Assembly: GCA_036149055.1 (NCBI GenBank)
Contig: JAYZQJ010000202.1
Coordinates: 1-52,368 of the forward strand
Direction of reading: 5' to 3'
Length of the DNA: 52,368 bases
Source of the DNA: Myxococcota bacterium
Lineage (GTDB): Bacteria; Myxococcota_A; Polyangia; Polyangiales; Sandaracinaceae
Positions 1 through 10,398 of this stretch are shown in pieces. The position numbers and the translations under genes are program-made. Below the pieces are notes generated by a model, which did no database searches, was not told the origin of the DNA, and was given only the letters and a program-made list of their open reading frames with translations. Every line of letters starts with the position of its first letter. Position 1 is the stretch's first letter.

Positions 1-155
1 CGCGCGCGTCTCGCCGACCTCGCTCCCGCCCTCGTCCGCCCCGGCTTCGCGCGTCCCGCCCGCTTCCGTCGGCTCCAGCTTGGCCGCCGCTGCTGCCTCC
101 AGCTCCGCCGAAGGGCCAGCCGAGGCGGGCGCCGTAGCGGGGGCGGCAGCGGGGG

Positions 156-567
<412 letters not shown>

Positions 568-578
568 GCACGGAGGGG

Positions 579-2114
579 TCAGCGGGTCAGGGCGGGGTAG
601 CGGTCGGCGAGCTTGCGGGCGATGCGGGTGGACATGGCCATGATGGTGAGCTGGGGGTTCACGCCGAGGCTGGTCGGGATGACGCTGCCGTCGCAGACGA
701 AGACGTTTTGCGCGTCCCAGAGGCGGCCGTCGGGGTCTACGCCGCCCTCGGCCGCGGTGCGGCTCATCTGGCAGCTGCCGAGGGGGTGCTGGGAGCTGCA
801 CTCGATGCGGGAGGGGGGGACGCGCTCGAGGTCGAAGCGGCGGTAGCGGTCGGCGTCGAAGACGTCCTCGCCGAGCACGGGGAGGTAGAGCTGCTTGGCG
901 CCTGCGGCGAGGAAGGTCTCGGCGAGCAGGCGGATGCCCTTGAACATCGCCGCGCGGTCCTTCGGGCTCATGCGGTAGGTGGTGAAGGGCTCCCGGCCGA
1001 GGCCGCGGCGGACCACGCCGGGGCCCTCGTCGTGCACCATCGCGCCGAACATGGCGATGTGGGGGAGCGTGGCGGCGCGGCGGTGGTGGGCGGGGCCCGC
1101 GCCCGGCATGGTGGCCGCGATGACGCTGCCGGGGATGAAGAGGCTCATCAGGGTGACGTGGTCCTCTTCGAAGGCGTCGGTGTAGGCGCTCTGCATCGCG
1201 CCCTCCCAGCCGCGCACCTCCTCGTCGAACGCCGCGAACACCCGGAAGCCCGGGTGCAGGGTGAGGTTCTTGCCGACCTGGCTGCCGAAGGGCGCGAGCC
1301 CGCTCGACTTGAGCAGGATCGGCGTGTGCAGCCCGCCGCAGGCGACGACGACGACCTGGGCGCGCACCTCGAAGCGGTCCCCCTTCTTGCGCCCCGGTCG
1401 GTTCAGGAGCCGCCCGCGCACCCCGCTCGCCCGGCCGCCCTCGTGCACGACCCTCTCGACGAGGCAATCCGACCAGACCCGACCGCCGGCGGCGAGCAGG
1501 CGCGGGAGGTAGCTCAGGTCCACGCTCATCTTCGCCTGCTCGGGGCACCCGAAGTTGCACCTCCCGCAGCCGTTGCAGCCCTTCGTGTTCCGGGTGAGCG
1601 GGCGGATCGGGTGGCCGAGCTTCGCCGCGCCCTCACCGAAGAGGCGGGTCGAGCGAGACTGCATGGACTCGGGGACCGGCTCGACGTGCACCGCCTCCTC
1701 GACCTCGCGGTAGTACGGATCCATGCCCTCGGGGGTCAGCTCGTCGAGGCCGAGCTCCCGCGACCAGGGCGCGAGGATCTTCTCGGGCACGCGGAGACAG
1801 ACGCCTCCGGTGACCATCGAGGAGCCGCCGACCCCGACGCCCATGGTGACGTTGACCGCGGGGGTGCGGCCGACGCCGAAGGCCACGCTCATGCCTCCGT
1901 CGCGCCAGAGGTGGCGCAGCGACTGGCTCTGCCGCATCGCGCCGTGCACCCGCGCGTGGACCCGCTTGCCCTCCTCCACCACCACCACGTCGAGCCCGGA
2001 CTCGGCGAGCAGGGTCGCGGCCACCATGCCGCCGGCGCCGGAGCCCACGACGACGACGTCGCAGTCGAGCGTCAGGTCGCCCTCGTGGAGGTGGCCCTCC
2101 TCGACGTCGCTCAC
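579..2114 (-). CDS. GMC family FAD-dependent oxidoreductase
   Basis: Motifs VVVVGSGAGG (FAD binding), GVGGSS..GG, CNGCGRCNFGC, HPLGSCQM and DGSVIPTSLGVNPQLTI. GTG start at 2114 overlaps the upstream stop (GTGA). Confidence 0.9.
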   Translation of the reverse strand: MSDVEEGHLHEGDLTLDCDVVVVGSGAGGMVAATLLAESGLDVVVVEEGKRVHARVHGAMRQSQSLRHLWRDGGMSVAFGVGRTPAVNVTMGVGVGGSSMVTGGVCLRVPEKILAPWSRELGLDELTPEGMDPYYREVEEAVHVEPVPESMQSRSTRLFGEGAAKLGHPIRPLTRNTKGCNGCGRCNFGCPEQAKMSVDLSYLPRLLAAGGRVWSDCLVERVVHEGGRASGVRGRLLNRPGRKKGDRFEVRAQVVVVACGGLHTPILLKSSGLAPFGSQVGKNLTLHPGFRVFAAFDEEVRGWEGAMQSAYTDAFEEDHVTLMSLFIPGSVIAATMPGAGPAHHRRAATLPHIAMFGAMVHDEGPGVVRRGLGREPFTTYRMSPKDRAAMFKGIRLLAETFLAAGAKQLYLPVLGEDVFDADRYRRFDLERVPPSRIECSSQHPLGSCQMSRTAAEGGVDPDGRLWDAQNVFVCDGSVIPTSLGVNPQLTIMAMSTRIARKLADRYPALTR

Positions 2115-2599
2115 CGGCGCGGCCCCATGCACGACCGGTCCCAGCCGATCTCCGCCGCCGAGTCCGGGTGCTCGTACCAGACGATGCAGAGCAGCGCCTT
2201 GGCGCCGAGGAGCGCCAGCGCGAGCGGGGTGCGCTCGAGGCGCTCGAGGGCCTCGATGCGACGCGGGAGGGGCAGGCTGCCGAACTGCCCGAGGGCGCCG
2301 ACCAGGAGCGGAGCGATCCAGGTGATGGCGAAGACGCAGGCGCGGAAGAGGCCGCGCGCGCGCCAGTTCACGTGCCCGAAGAAGTCACCGAGGTCGGCCT
2401 CCAGCCAGTCGAGGCGCGAGGCCGGCGGGGGGCCGCTCTCGGTGCTGAAGAGCGCCTCGGCGACGGCCCGCGCCGACCGGAGCGCGCCGCGGGAGAGGCC
2501 CGGGGCGTGGGCGCGGCTGTCCCAGCCCGCGATGACGTACGGGTCGGCGGCGGCCTCGTCGCGCACCACCGGGAGGGACGCACCTCGCTCCACGGTCAC
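2111..2599 (-). CDS. Small partner of the GMC oxidoreductase (gluconate 2-dehydrogenase subunit 3-like)
   Basis: 162 aa, translationally coupled to the GMC gene. The C-terminal LERLE...K.LLC..WYEHP.....IGW pattern is typical of these partners. Confidence 0.6.
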   Translation of the reverse strand: MTVERGASLPVVRDEAAADPYVIAGWDSRAHAPGLSRGALRSARAVAEALFSTESGPPPASRLDWLEADLGDFFGHVNWRARGLFRACVFAITWIAPLLVGALGQFGSLPLPRRIEALERLERTPLALALLGAKALLCIVWYEHPDSAAEIGWDRSCMGPRR

Positions 2600-2630
2600 C
2601 GGCGCATGATGCCGAATGGCCGCGCCGGGC

Positions 2631-3497
2631 TCAATCGGCGGCGACGAAGCGGACCTCGAAGAGGTGCGGCCAGTACTTGCCGGTGATCACGAAGCGCTCG
2701 CGCTCGGGGATCCAGGCGATGCCGTTGAGCACGTCGGCCTCCCAGCGCTCGTCGACGCTCAGGAGCCCGCTCGCGTCGACCACCGCGGTCACCCGACCGC
2801 TCTCCGGGTCGATCCGCACGATCTCGTCGCTCTGCCAGACGTTGGCCCAGATCACGCCGTCGACGCACTCGAGCTCGTTGAGCTGGTCGAGCGGCCGCCC
2901 GTCGAGCCGGACCCGCACCACCCGGGACACCTGGAAGGTCTCCGGATCGCGGACGGTGAGCCGATCCGAGCCGTCGCTCATCACCAGGTGGGTCCCGTCG
3001 TGGCAGAGGCCCCAGCCCTCCCCCTCGTACTCGAAGGTGCGGCGGTGCTCGAAGCCGTCCAGCGTCCAGACGTGGGCCTCGCCCGCGGTCCAGGTGAGCT
3101 GGTAGAGGCGGTCGCCGACCCGGGCGAGGCCCTCGGCGAAGAGGCGCCGCTCGAGCGAGCGCTGCTGGAGCACCTCGCCGGTCTCGAGCGCCACCCTCCG
3201 GAGCGTGGAGCGGCCGCGCATCCCCGTGCTCTCGTAGAGGTGGCCGTCGTGCCAGAGCAGGCCCTGGGTGAAGGCGCTCCGGTCGTGCGGGTGGCGCGCC
3301 ACGACCTCCACCCGGAGCCGCTCGGCGCGCGCGGGGGGCGCGTCCATCACCACGTCCTGCACCTCGTCCTCTCGCGCGTCGCCGTTCGAGATGCGCACCA
3401 CGGCGACCAGCCCCACCACCGCGGCGATCGCGAGGACGAGCCACCAGGGAAAGGGGCGCCGCTCCGCCGCCGGCTCGGGGTCGACCTTCTTCGCCAT
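2631..3497 (-). CDS. Glutaminyl-peptide cyclotransferase (plant/bacterial beta-propeller type)
   Basis: Motifs PHDRSAFTQGL, LYESTG, FAEGL, YQLTW, EGWGL, MSDGS, LNELE, ANVWQ, VLNGIA and TGKYWP; N-terminal TM anchor. Confidence 0.92.
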   Translation of the reverse strand: MAKKVDPEPAAERRPFPWWLVLAIAAVVGLVAVVRISNGDAREDEVQDVVMDAPPARAERLRVEVVARHPHDRSAFTQGLLWHDGHLYESTGMRGRSTLRRVALETGEVLQQRSLERRLFAEGLARVGDRLYQLTWTAGEAHVWTLDGFEHRRTFEYEGEGWGLCHDGTHLVMSDGSDRLTVRDPETFQVSRVVRVRLDGRPLDQLNELECVDGVIWANVWQSDEIVRIDPESGRVTAVVDASGLLSVDERWEADVLNGIAWIPERERFVITGKYWPHLFEVRFVAAD

Positions 3498-3527
3498 GAC
3501 CGCCCCCTTCTTAGCAGCGCGCCGACT

Positions 3528-3707
3528 TCAGCGCAGTCGGTCGTCGATCCACTCGAAGCACGCCGACAGCGCGCGCGGGTCGTCGAGCCGACGCCAGGGC
3601 GTCCCATGCGCCCCGCGCTCCGCGAGCCAGCGTCCGAGCGGGATCGCGAGCGCCTCGTGCCGCTCCCGCCCCGAGCCCATGACGCCCACGATCGGCAGCC
3701 GCCGCAC
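3528..3707 (-). pseudogene. Probable internally deleted remnant of a SLOG/LOG-like Rossmann-fold protein (59 aa)
   Basis: Manual translation gives MRRLPIVGVMGSGRERHEALAIPLGRWLAERGAHGTPW...DRLR*. The start matches the SLOG N-terminus, but the expected following TGG motif is absent. Not in the ORF track. Confidence 0.5.
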
Positions 3708-3834
3708 GCCGACAGCCTAACAGCGCGCGTCCGGGCGGACACGGCGCCGTGGGTCTGCGGACGCGCTCGGCGCAGTCCGCCGTACCGCGACGCGTGCGCG
3801 AGCGCTGGCACGTGGGGTGCGTCTACGCGCGTCG

Positions 3835-4125
3835 GTGGATCGACTTCGCGACCTCTTGCCCCTCCTCGCGGCGCTCGGGGTCCTGATGGTGCTCGGCGTG
3901 ATCGCCTTCGAGTGCGCTCGCGCGCGACCCCGTCGGCCTCCCCGTGCGCCCGACGCGGGGGTGCCAGACGCGGGGATCGTTCGGCCGAGAGAGGAGCCCG
4001 CCACCGCAGAGGCGGCGGACGCGCCGGGCGATCAGCCCTTCATCAGCTGGACGTCGAGCGCGCGGCAGACCGGGCAGCCCGCGCGGCCGGTGAGCAGGAT
4101 CTCGGTGCGGCGCCCGAACACGTAG
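3835..4125 (+). CDS. Small hypothetical membrane protein
   Basis: Hydrophobic stretch LLPLLAALGVLMVLGVIAF followed by PDAGVPDAG, a linker typical of myxobacteria. The 3' end overlaps the convergent gene. Confidence 0.4.
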   Translation: MDRLRDLLPLLAALGVLMVLGVIAFECARARPRRPPRAPDAGVPDAGIVRPREEPATAEAADAPGDQPFISWTSSARQTGQPARPVSRISVRRPNT

Positions 4126-5105
4126 ACCGCGTCGAGGTCACCTCGGCGGGTGCGCAGCGCGCCTCGCGAGACGCGCTTCACGCCGCCCCGCCGCCGCTGC
4201 ACGTAGAGGTGCGTCGCGGTGAGCCGAGCCTCCACCACGTCGTCGGAGAAGGGGCGATCCGGGCTCGAGGCGAGCCAGGCGAGCAGCACCCGGAGCCCGG
4301 TCGGGCGCTCCCGCACCGCGAGCACCTCCTCCGGCTTGCGCGGCGCCGTGCGGTAGCTCGCGTGGCTCTCCGGCTCCTCGCCCGGCCACCCCGGGGCGTC
4401 CTCGAGGCGCACGTCCGGGGTGGCCAGCCAGCCGATCCGGACGCGGTCGGACGCGGCGGGCACCCGCTCCCGGGCCGCCTCGAGCAGGTCGCTCACCCGG
4501 TCCGCGAAGGCCTCGCGGTCTCCCTTCGGCGCGATGCGCGCGTTCGCCACCGCGCCGCCGTAGGACTTCCACTCCACCAGCAGCTCGGGCCAGGGATCCA
4601 CCGGCTCGATCGACTGCACGTCGCCCCACGGGACGACCATGGAGTGGATGCCGTGCGGCCCCCCGACGTGCAGCGCCTCGCCGCCCCAGCGGAGCTCCTG
4701 CGGCGCCCAGCGGGTGCGACCGCCCTCGTCGATCGGCAGGGGCCAGCGGACGGCCAGGGTCGCGGTGAGGTCGCCCGCGTACTGCCCCGACCGGGTCCCG
4801 GCGCGGCGGGCCGCCGCGTACTCCTCGGGGAGCAGCCACGGCCCGAGCACCTCCATCCAGGCGCTGTAGGGCAGCGCCGCGAGGCTCTCGCCGCGCGTCT
4901 CGAGGAGCCGGACGATGAGGTCGATCTCGCGCTCGTCGAAGTCGCGCTGGAACACACGCCGGAGGGTGCGCTCCTCGTGCCGGGAGAGGTGACCGTCGAC
5001 CAGCACCCGCCAGGCGGCGAAGGCGGCCGCGGCGGCGACCCGCTCGGCCCGCTGGAGGTCGGGGACCTCCAGGCTCACCGCCTGCAGCGCCGCCGAGAGG
5101 CTCAC
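4032..5105 (-). CDS. Hypothetical protein, possible TerB-like N-terminal region
   Basis: 357 aa, starts 1 bp after the metG stop; VDGHLSRHEERTL motif. Confidence 0.6.
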   Translation of the reverse strand: MSLSAALQAVSLEVPDLQRAERVAAAAAFAAWRVLVDGHLSRHEERTLRRVFQRDFDEREIDLIVRLLETRGESLAALPYSAWMEVLGPWLLPEEYAAARRAGTRSGQYAGDLTATLAVRWPLPIDEGGRTRWAPQELRWGGEALHVGGPHGIHSMVVPWGDVQSIEPVDPWPELLVEWKSYGGAVANARIAPKGDREAFADRVSDLLEAARERVPAASDRVRIGWLATPDVRLEDAPGWPGEEPESHASYRTAPRKPEEVLAVRERPTGLRVLLAWLASSPDRPFSDDVVEARLTATHLYVQRRRGGVKRVSRGALRTRRGDLDAVYVFGRRTEILLTGRAGCPVCRALDVQLMKG

Positions 5106-5106
5106 G

Positions 5107-7212
5107 TCAGCTCACCGTCGCGCCGGCTTCGCTCTCGGCGCGCACCGGGACCAGCTTGCCCTCGCGGTCCTCGGCCATGAGCAGCATGCCCTCGCTCTCG
5201 AGGCCCACCATCTTGCGCGGCGCGAGGTTGGCGACGACGACCACCCGCTTGCCGACGAGATCCTCCGGCGAGAGGTGCTCGGCGACGCCGGCGAGGATCT
5301 GCCGCTGCTCGAAGCCGAGGTCGACCTCGCAGCGGATCAGCTTCTTCGACTTCTTCACCTTCTCGGCGTGCTTCACCACGCCGATGCGGAGGTCGAGCTT
5401 GGCGAAGTCGTCGTAGACGATGGTGTCCTTGAGCGGGGCGTAGGGCGCGTCGGTCGTCTCCTCCGCGCCCTCGGCGGCCTCGGCCGCGCGCGCCTCGAGC
5501 TTCGCCCGCTGGGCCGCGATGGCCTCGTCCTCGAGCTTCTTCACGAGGATCTCCGGCTCACCCAGCGCGTGGCCGGCGCTCAGCAGCGGCGCGCCCGCCT
5601 CGTCCCAGCCGAGGGCTCCGGCCTCTCCGCGCGCGTCGCTCGAGCGCACTCCGTCGAGCTTCAGGATGCCGCGCAGGGTGCGCGCGGTGAACGGCAGGAA
5701 GGGGTCGGCGAGGATCGAGAGCGCGGCGCAGATCTGGAGGCTCACGTGGATGGTGTTGCCGCAGCGCGCCATGTCGGTCTTGCGCGTCGCCCACGGCTCG
5801 CTGTCGTTGAAGTACTTGTTGCCGAGGCGGCCCAGGTTCATCAGCTCCTGGATCGCGTCGCGCATCTTGCTCTCGTCGATCAGCGCGCCGACCTTGCCCG
5901 GGAACGTCGCCAGCGCCTCGAGCGCGGCGCGATCGGCGTCCGACGGATCGGTGAGCGCGGGGACCTTCCCGTCGAAGTACTTCGCCGCGAACTGGAGCGT
6001 GCGGTTGCAGAAGTTGCCGAAGTTGTCGGCCAGCTCGTTGTTCACGTGGGCCTGGAAGTCGGCCCAGGTGAAGTCGGCGTCCTTGGTCTCCGGGAGCGAG
6101 CGGAGCAGCGAGTAGCGCAGGTAGTCGGCGGGGAACTCCTCGAGCGCCTCCCCGAGCCACACCGCCCAGCCGCGGCTCGTCGAGAGCTTCTCACCCTCGA
6201 GGTTGAGGAACTCGTTGGCCGGCACGTTCTCCGGCAGGACGTAGTCGCCGTGCAGCTTCAGCTGGACCGGGAAGCTGATGGTGTGGAAGACGATGTTGTC
6301 CTTGCCGATGAAGTGGATCAGGCGCGTGTCCTCGGACTGCCAGTAGGTCTTCCAGCGCTCCGCGTCGCCGACCTTCTCGGCCCACTCGCGGGTCGCCGAG
6401 ACGTAGCCGATCGGCGCGTCGAACCACACGTAGAGCACCTTGCCCTCGGGATCGACGCCGGCCGCCTTCGCGACGTCCTCCGGCACCGGCACGCCCCACG
6501 GGAGATCGCGGGTCTGCTCGCGCGGCCCGAGCCCCGCCTTGAACCACGACTGGATCTGCCCGAGCACGTTGCTCTTCCAGTGCGTCTTCTCGCCGATCCA
6601 GCTCTCGAGCCACGGCTGGTGCGCGCCGAGGTCGAGCGCCCAGTTCGTCGTCTCGCGCCACTCCGGCGTCGCGTCGCTGAGGGTGCTGCGGGGCTCGATG
6701 AGCTCCTTCGCCGTCAGCGTGTTGCCGCACTTCTCGCACTGGTCGCCGTAGGCGTTGGGGTTCTTGCAGTGCGGGCAGGTGCCGACGACGAACCGATCGG
6801 CGAGGAAGAGCTTCACCTCCGGGTCGAAGAGGTGCTCGCCCTTCTGCAGCACGAAGTCGCCCTGCTCCGCCATCTTGCGGAACCAGTCGCGGGCCGTCTC
6901 GCGGTGCATCGGGCCGCTCGTGCGGCCGTAGTGGTCGAAGCTCATGCCGAACTTGGCGAAGTCGGTCTCCGCCATCGCATGGTAGCGGTCGACGATCTCC
7001 TGCGGGGTCACGCCGTCCTTGATGGAGCGCATGACGATGGCCGAGCCGTGCTCGTCGGAGCCGCAGATGTAGACGACGTCGCTGCCCCGGAGGCGGTGGT
7101 AGCGGACGAAGACGTCGGCCGGGAGGTAGGCGCCGGCGAGGTGACCGAGGTGGATCGGGCCGTTCGCGTAGGGCAGCGCCGAGGTGACCAGAATGCGGGC
7201 GTGGTCGGACAT
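5107..7212 (-). CDS. metG: Methionine--tRNA ligase
   Basis: ALPYANGPIHLGH (HIGH), GSDEHG, Zn knuckle CPHC...DQCEKC, YVWFDA, GKDN, KLSTS (KMSKS) and a C-terminal tRNA-binding domain (VANLAPRKM). Confidence 0.98.
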   Translation of the reverse strand: MSDHARILVTSALPYANGPIHLGHLAGAYLPADVFVRYHRLRGSDVVYICGSDEHGSAIVMRSIKDGVTPQEIVDRYHAMAETDFAKFGMSFDHYGRTSGPMHRETARDWFRKMAEQGDFVLQKGEHLFDPEVKLFLADRFVVGTCPHCKNPNAYGDQCEKCGNTLTAKELIEPRSTLSDATPEWRETTNWALDLGAHQPWLESWIGEKTHWKSNVLGQIQSWFKAGLGPREQTRDLPWGVPVPEDVAKAAGVDPEGKVLYVWFDAPIGYVSATREWAEKVGDAERWKTYWQSEDTRLIHFIGKDNIVFHTISFPVQLKLHGDYVLPENVPANEFLNLEGEKLSTSRGWAVWLGEALEEFPADYLRYSLLRSLPETKDADFTWADFQAHVNNELADNFGNFCNRTLQFAAKYFDGKVPALTDPSDADRAALEALATFPGKVGALIDESKMRDAIQELMNLGRLGNKYFNDSEPWATRKTDMARCGNTIHVSLQICAALSILADPFLPFTARTLRGILKLDGVRSSDARGEAGALGWDEAGAPLLSAGHALGEPEILVKKLEDEAIAAQRAKLEARAAEAAEGAEETTDAPYAPLKDTIVYDDFAKLDLRIGVVKHAEKVKKSKKLIRCEVDLGFEQRQILAGVAEHLSPEDLVGKRVVVVANLAPRKMVGLESEGMLLMAEDREGKLVPVRAESEAGATVS

Positions 7213-7252
7213 GGGCGCCGACTCTACGCCGCGTGGACTCGGCTCGCACGCC

Positions 7253-7648
7253 TCACGGCAGCTCGGACGCGTCGGCCGCCTCGGCGAGGGCGTCGAGCAG
7301 CGCGTGGGGGCCGGCGCCCTTGGCGAAGAACCGCCCGTCCCAGCCCTCGGGCGGCGCCCCGCCGCTCGTCAGCACGATCTCCACGCCCGGGACGCGCTCC
7401 CTGAGCTGCGCGGCGAGGGCCACCCCGTCCACGCCGCCGAGCTGCACGTCGAGCAGCACGCAGTGAGGCCGAAACGCGGTCGCGGCCTCGCGCGCGCCCT
7501 CCGCGTCGAGCGACGTGCGCACCTCGAACCCCGCCCGCATCAGCCATCGCCGGGTGGTGCGGACCACCGCCGGCAGGTCATCGACGATCAGGACCCTTCG
7601 CGCGCTCGTCCCAGGCTCGGTCTCGGGCACCGTTGCAGTATATATCAC
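7253..7648 (-). CDS. Single-domain response regulator (receiver)
   Basis: VLIVDD, LLDVQL (phospho-Asp), DG, VLTSG and conserved K. The start may be GTG 7630. Confidence 0.85.
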   Translation of the reverse strand: MIYTATVPETEPGTSARRVLIVDDLPAVVRTTRRWLMRAGFEVRTSLDAEGAREAATAFRPHCVLLDVQLGGVDGVALAAQLRERVPGVEIVLTSGGAPPEGWDGRFFAKGAGPHALLDALAEAADASELP

Positions 7649-7751
7649 AGAATCCGTTATTCATTAACACGCGCAGCGCGGGAAGAAAGTGGCACGGAGA
7701 GGCGGCGGCGCCCGTGAAACCGCCTCAGACTCGCGACGTAGGGCCAGCGGG

Positions 7752-9173
7752 ATGACTCGAGGATCGGCAGCGGCGCTCGGCGCGGTGGGGGTCGTGGCCA
7801 TCGCCACCGCGGCCTTCGCGTGGTCGGTCCCGGCGCGGGACGCCCTCCCCGCCTGGATCGGGCTCGTGCTCCCCTCGGCGGGCGCGCTCGCGCTCGGCGG
7901 GTGGGCCTGGCTCCGCTCGGGCCCCACGCCCCGCGCGCTGCTGCTCGGCGCCCTCGCCGGGGCGGCCGCGCTCCGTCTCGCCGCCCTCTGCGCCCCGCCG
8001 TCTCTCTCCGACGACGTGCACCGCTACGTGTGGGACGGCGCGCTCGGCGCCCAGGGGCTCGACCCCTACGCGCACCGCCCCCGCGACCTGGTCGGACGCG
8101 CGGAGGGCCTCGACGAGGCGGCGCTGTCGGCGCTCAACTCGCCCGACTACTACAGCGTCTACCCCCCGCTCGCCCAGCTGAGCTTTCGCGCCGCCTGGGG
8201 GGTGAGCGCCCTGATCGGCGCGCCGGCGGAGCGGGTGACGCGGGGCGGCCTCGCGCTCGCCGACCTGCTCACGGTCTGGGCCCTCTTCGCCCTGCTCGGG
8301 CAGCTCGGTCGACCCCGCGGCTGGGCGCTCCTCTACGCCTGGAACCCCTTCGTCTTCTGGGAGGTCGCCGCCGGAGGCCACTCCGAGGCGCTGATGCTCC
8401 CGCTCCTGCTGTTCGCGGTGCGCGACGCGCTCGACGAGCGCCCGGCCCGCGCCGGTCTCTGGCTCGGGCTGGCGGCGAGCGCGAAGCTCACCGCGCTGAT
8501 CGTCGCCCCGATCTTCCTGGTCTTCCTCGCCCGCCGCCTCGACGCGCGCCGGGCCGCGCCGGTCGCGCTCGCCTCCTTCGCGGTGCTCGCCGGGAGCTTC
8601 GCGCCCTTCGCCAGCGACGTGCTCTGGCCGCACCTCCGGGAGTCGCTCGCCCTCTACGCCGAGCGCTTCAGCTTCAACGCGCCGATGTACTACGCGGCGC
8701 GCGACCTGCTCGGCTACGTCGAGGGCGTCACTCCGCCGGTCGACGGCGCGCTGATGCCGTGGCTGACGGCGGCCACCCTCGGGTGGCTGATGCTCGTGGC
8801 GCTCGCCCAGGACGGGGGACGGCGGCGCTTCGTCGGCGCGCTCGCGGCGGCGTTCGTCGGCTATCTCCTCCTGTCCCGGGTGATCCACCCCTGGTACGTG
8901 CTGCCGCCGCTCGCCCTGGCGGTGCTGGTCCGGAGCTTCAGCCTGCCCGCGCTCTCGCTCCTGCTGCCGCTGAGCTACCTCCCCTACGCGCCGGGCGGGC
9001 GGGAGAGCGCCGACGTGATCGCCGCGCAGTTCGTCCCCTTCGCCGCGCTCGCGATCGTGGACCTCACCCGCGGGTGGCTCGCCGAGACGAAGCGACCGCC
9101 CGCCCCCGCTCGGACCGAGCCGGCGCCTCGGGTGACGCCCGCCGGCCGGGTCGGGTACGATACCGACGTCTGA
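7752..9173 (+). CDS. Polytopic membrane glycosyltransferase (GT-C, GT87-like)
   Basis: Motifs LSDDVHRYVWDG, YPPLAQ, YAWNP, GGHSE, K and HPWY; many TM segments. Confidence 0.8.
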   Translation: MTRGSAAALGAVGVVAIATAAFAWSVPARDALPAWIGLVLPSAGALALGGWAWLRSGPTPRALLLGALAGAAALRLAALCAPPSLSDDVHRYVWDGALGAQGLDPYAHRPRDLVGRAEGLDEAALSALNSPDYYSVYPPLAQLSFRAAWGVSALIGAPAERVTRGGLALADLLTVWALFALLGQLGRPRGWALLYAWNPFVFWEVAAGGHSEALMLPLLLFAVRDALDERPARAGLWLGLAASAKLTALIVAPIFLVFLARRLDARRAAPVALASFAVLAGSFAPFASDVLWPHLRESLALYAERFSFNAPMYYAARDLLGYVEGVTPPVDGALMPWLTAATLGWLMLVALAQDGGRRRFVGALAAAFVGYLLLSRVIHPWYVLPPLALAVLVRSFSLPALSLLLPLSYLPYAPGGRESADVIAAQFVPFAALAIVDLTRGWLAETKRPPAPARTEPAPRVTPAGRVGYDTDV

Positions 9174-10327
9174 TGGCACCCCCCGGGGAATTCGAAGAGG
9201 CCCTGACGTTCAGCGGTCGCACGGTCGCGGGGCGGTATCGGATCCTCGGCCTCCTCGGCCAGGGCGGGAACGCCAAGGTCTACGAGGCCGAGCAGATCGG
9301 CCTCGACCGGCTGGTGGCGGTCAAGGTCATCCGCGCCGACAAGCGCACCGAGCTCGCCTCGAAGCGCTTCATGCGCGAGGCCAAGCTGGCCGGCCGCATC
9401 TCGAGCCCGCACGTCGTGACCCTCTACGACTTCGGCCGCGACGACGAGACCGGCGAGCTCTACCTCGCGATGGAGCTGCTGGAGGGGCAGAGCCTCTCGA
9501 GACGCCTCCGCGAGGAGGGCGCGCTGACCCTCGACCACGCGCTCGACGTCGCCGCCCAGGTGGCCCGGGGCCTCGCCGCCGCGCACGAGAAGGGGGTCCT
9601 GCACCGCGACCTCAAGCCGGCCAACGTCTTCCTCTGCGCCGACGGGACCGCCAAGGTGCTCGACTTCGGCATCGCGAAGCTGAGCGCGCCGGAGCTCGGC
9701 GACGGGGACGACGCGGACTCGCTCACCCAGGACGGCCGCTTCGTCGGCACGCCGAGCTACATGAGCCCCGAGGCGGCGACCAAGGGCCCGATCGGCCCGG
9801 CGACCGACATCTACGCCCTCGGGCTGATCCTCTACGACATGATCGTGGGGCAGCCCGCCTTCCGGCTCGGCAACCCGATGCGAACCCTGATGGCGCAGGT
9901 GAAGCAGCCGGCGCCTCGCCTCTCCGAGCGCGTGGCCGACATCCCGCCCGAGCTCGACGACTACGTCGACGGCCTGCTCCGCAAGGATCCCTCGACCCGC
10001 CCGCAGGATCCGGCGCAGGTCGCCATGCACCTCGACCAGCTCCGCGCGGTCGCGCCGCTCGCGCCCGACCCGACCATCCCGCACGCGCAGGCGCGCTTCG
10101 AGGCGTTCGGGCACGAGACCACCGAGGAGTCGGTGCAGACGACGCTCTGGGACCGCGAGCAGCCCCAGGCCTCGTTCACTCCGCCGCCGCCCGCGCAGCC
10201 GGCGCCCGCCCCGCCGCCGCAGAGGAAGACCTCGCTCCTCCCCTTCGTGCTCCTCGCGATCGCCGCCCTCTTCGTCGGCGCGCTCACCTTCGCCCTCGTC
10301 TGGGCCGCGCGCCTCTGGCTCGGCTGA
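9173..10327 (+). CDS. Serine/threonine protein kinase with C-terminal TM
   Basis: LGQGG, VAVK, HRDLKPAN, DFGIAK, GTPSYMSPE and TDIYALG. ATG at 9173 overlaps the upstream TGA. Confidence 0.93.
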   Translation: MAPPGEFEEALTFSGRTVAGRYRILGLLGQGGNAKVYEAEQIGLDRLVAVKVIRADKRTELASKRFMREAKLAGRISSPHVVTLYDFGRDDETGELYLAMELLEGQSLSRRLREEGALTLDHALDVAAQVARGLAAAHEKGVLHRDLKPANVFLCADGTAKVLDFGIAKLSAPELGDGDDADSLTQDGRFVGTPSYMSPEAATKGPIGPATDIYALGLILYDMIVGQPAFRLGNPMRTLMAQVKQPAPRLSERVADIPPELDDYVDGLLRKDPSTRPQDPAQVAMHLDQLRAVAPLAPDPTIPHAQARFEAFGHETTEESVQTTLWDREQPQASFTPPPPAQPAPAPPPQRKTSLLPFVLLAIAALFVGALTFALVWAARLWLG

Positions 10328-10398
10328 CCGTCCGGAGGCGCGAGATCGACGGCGAGAGCTGCGAGCCCCGATGACGCTCGGTCTGGTATCGTGCGCCC

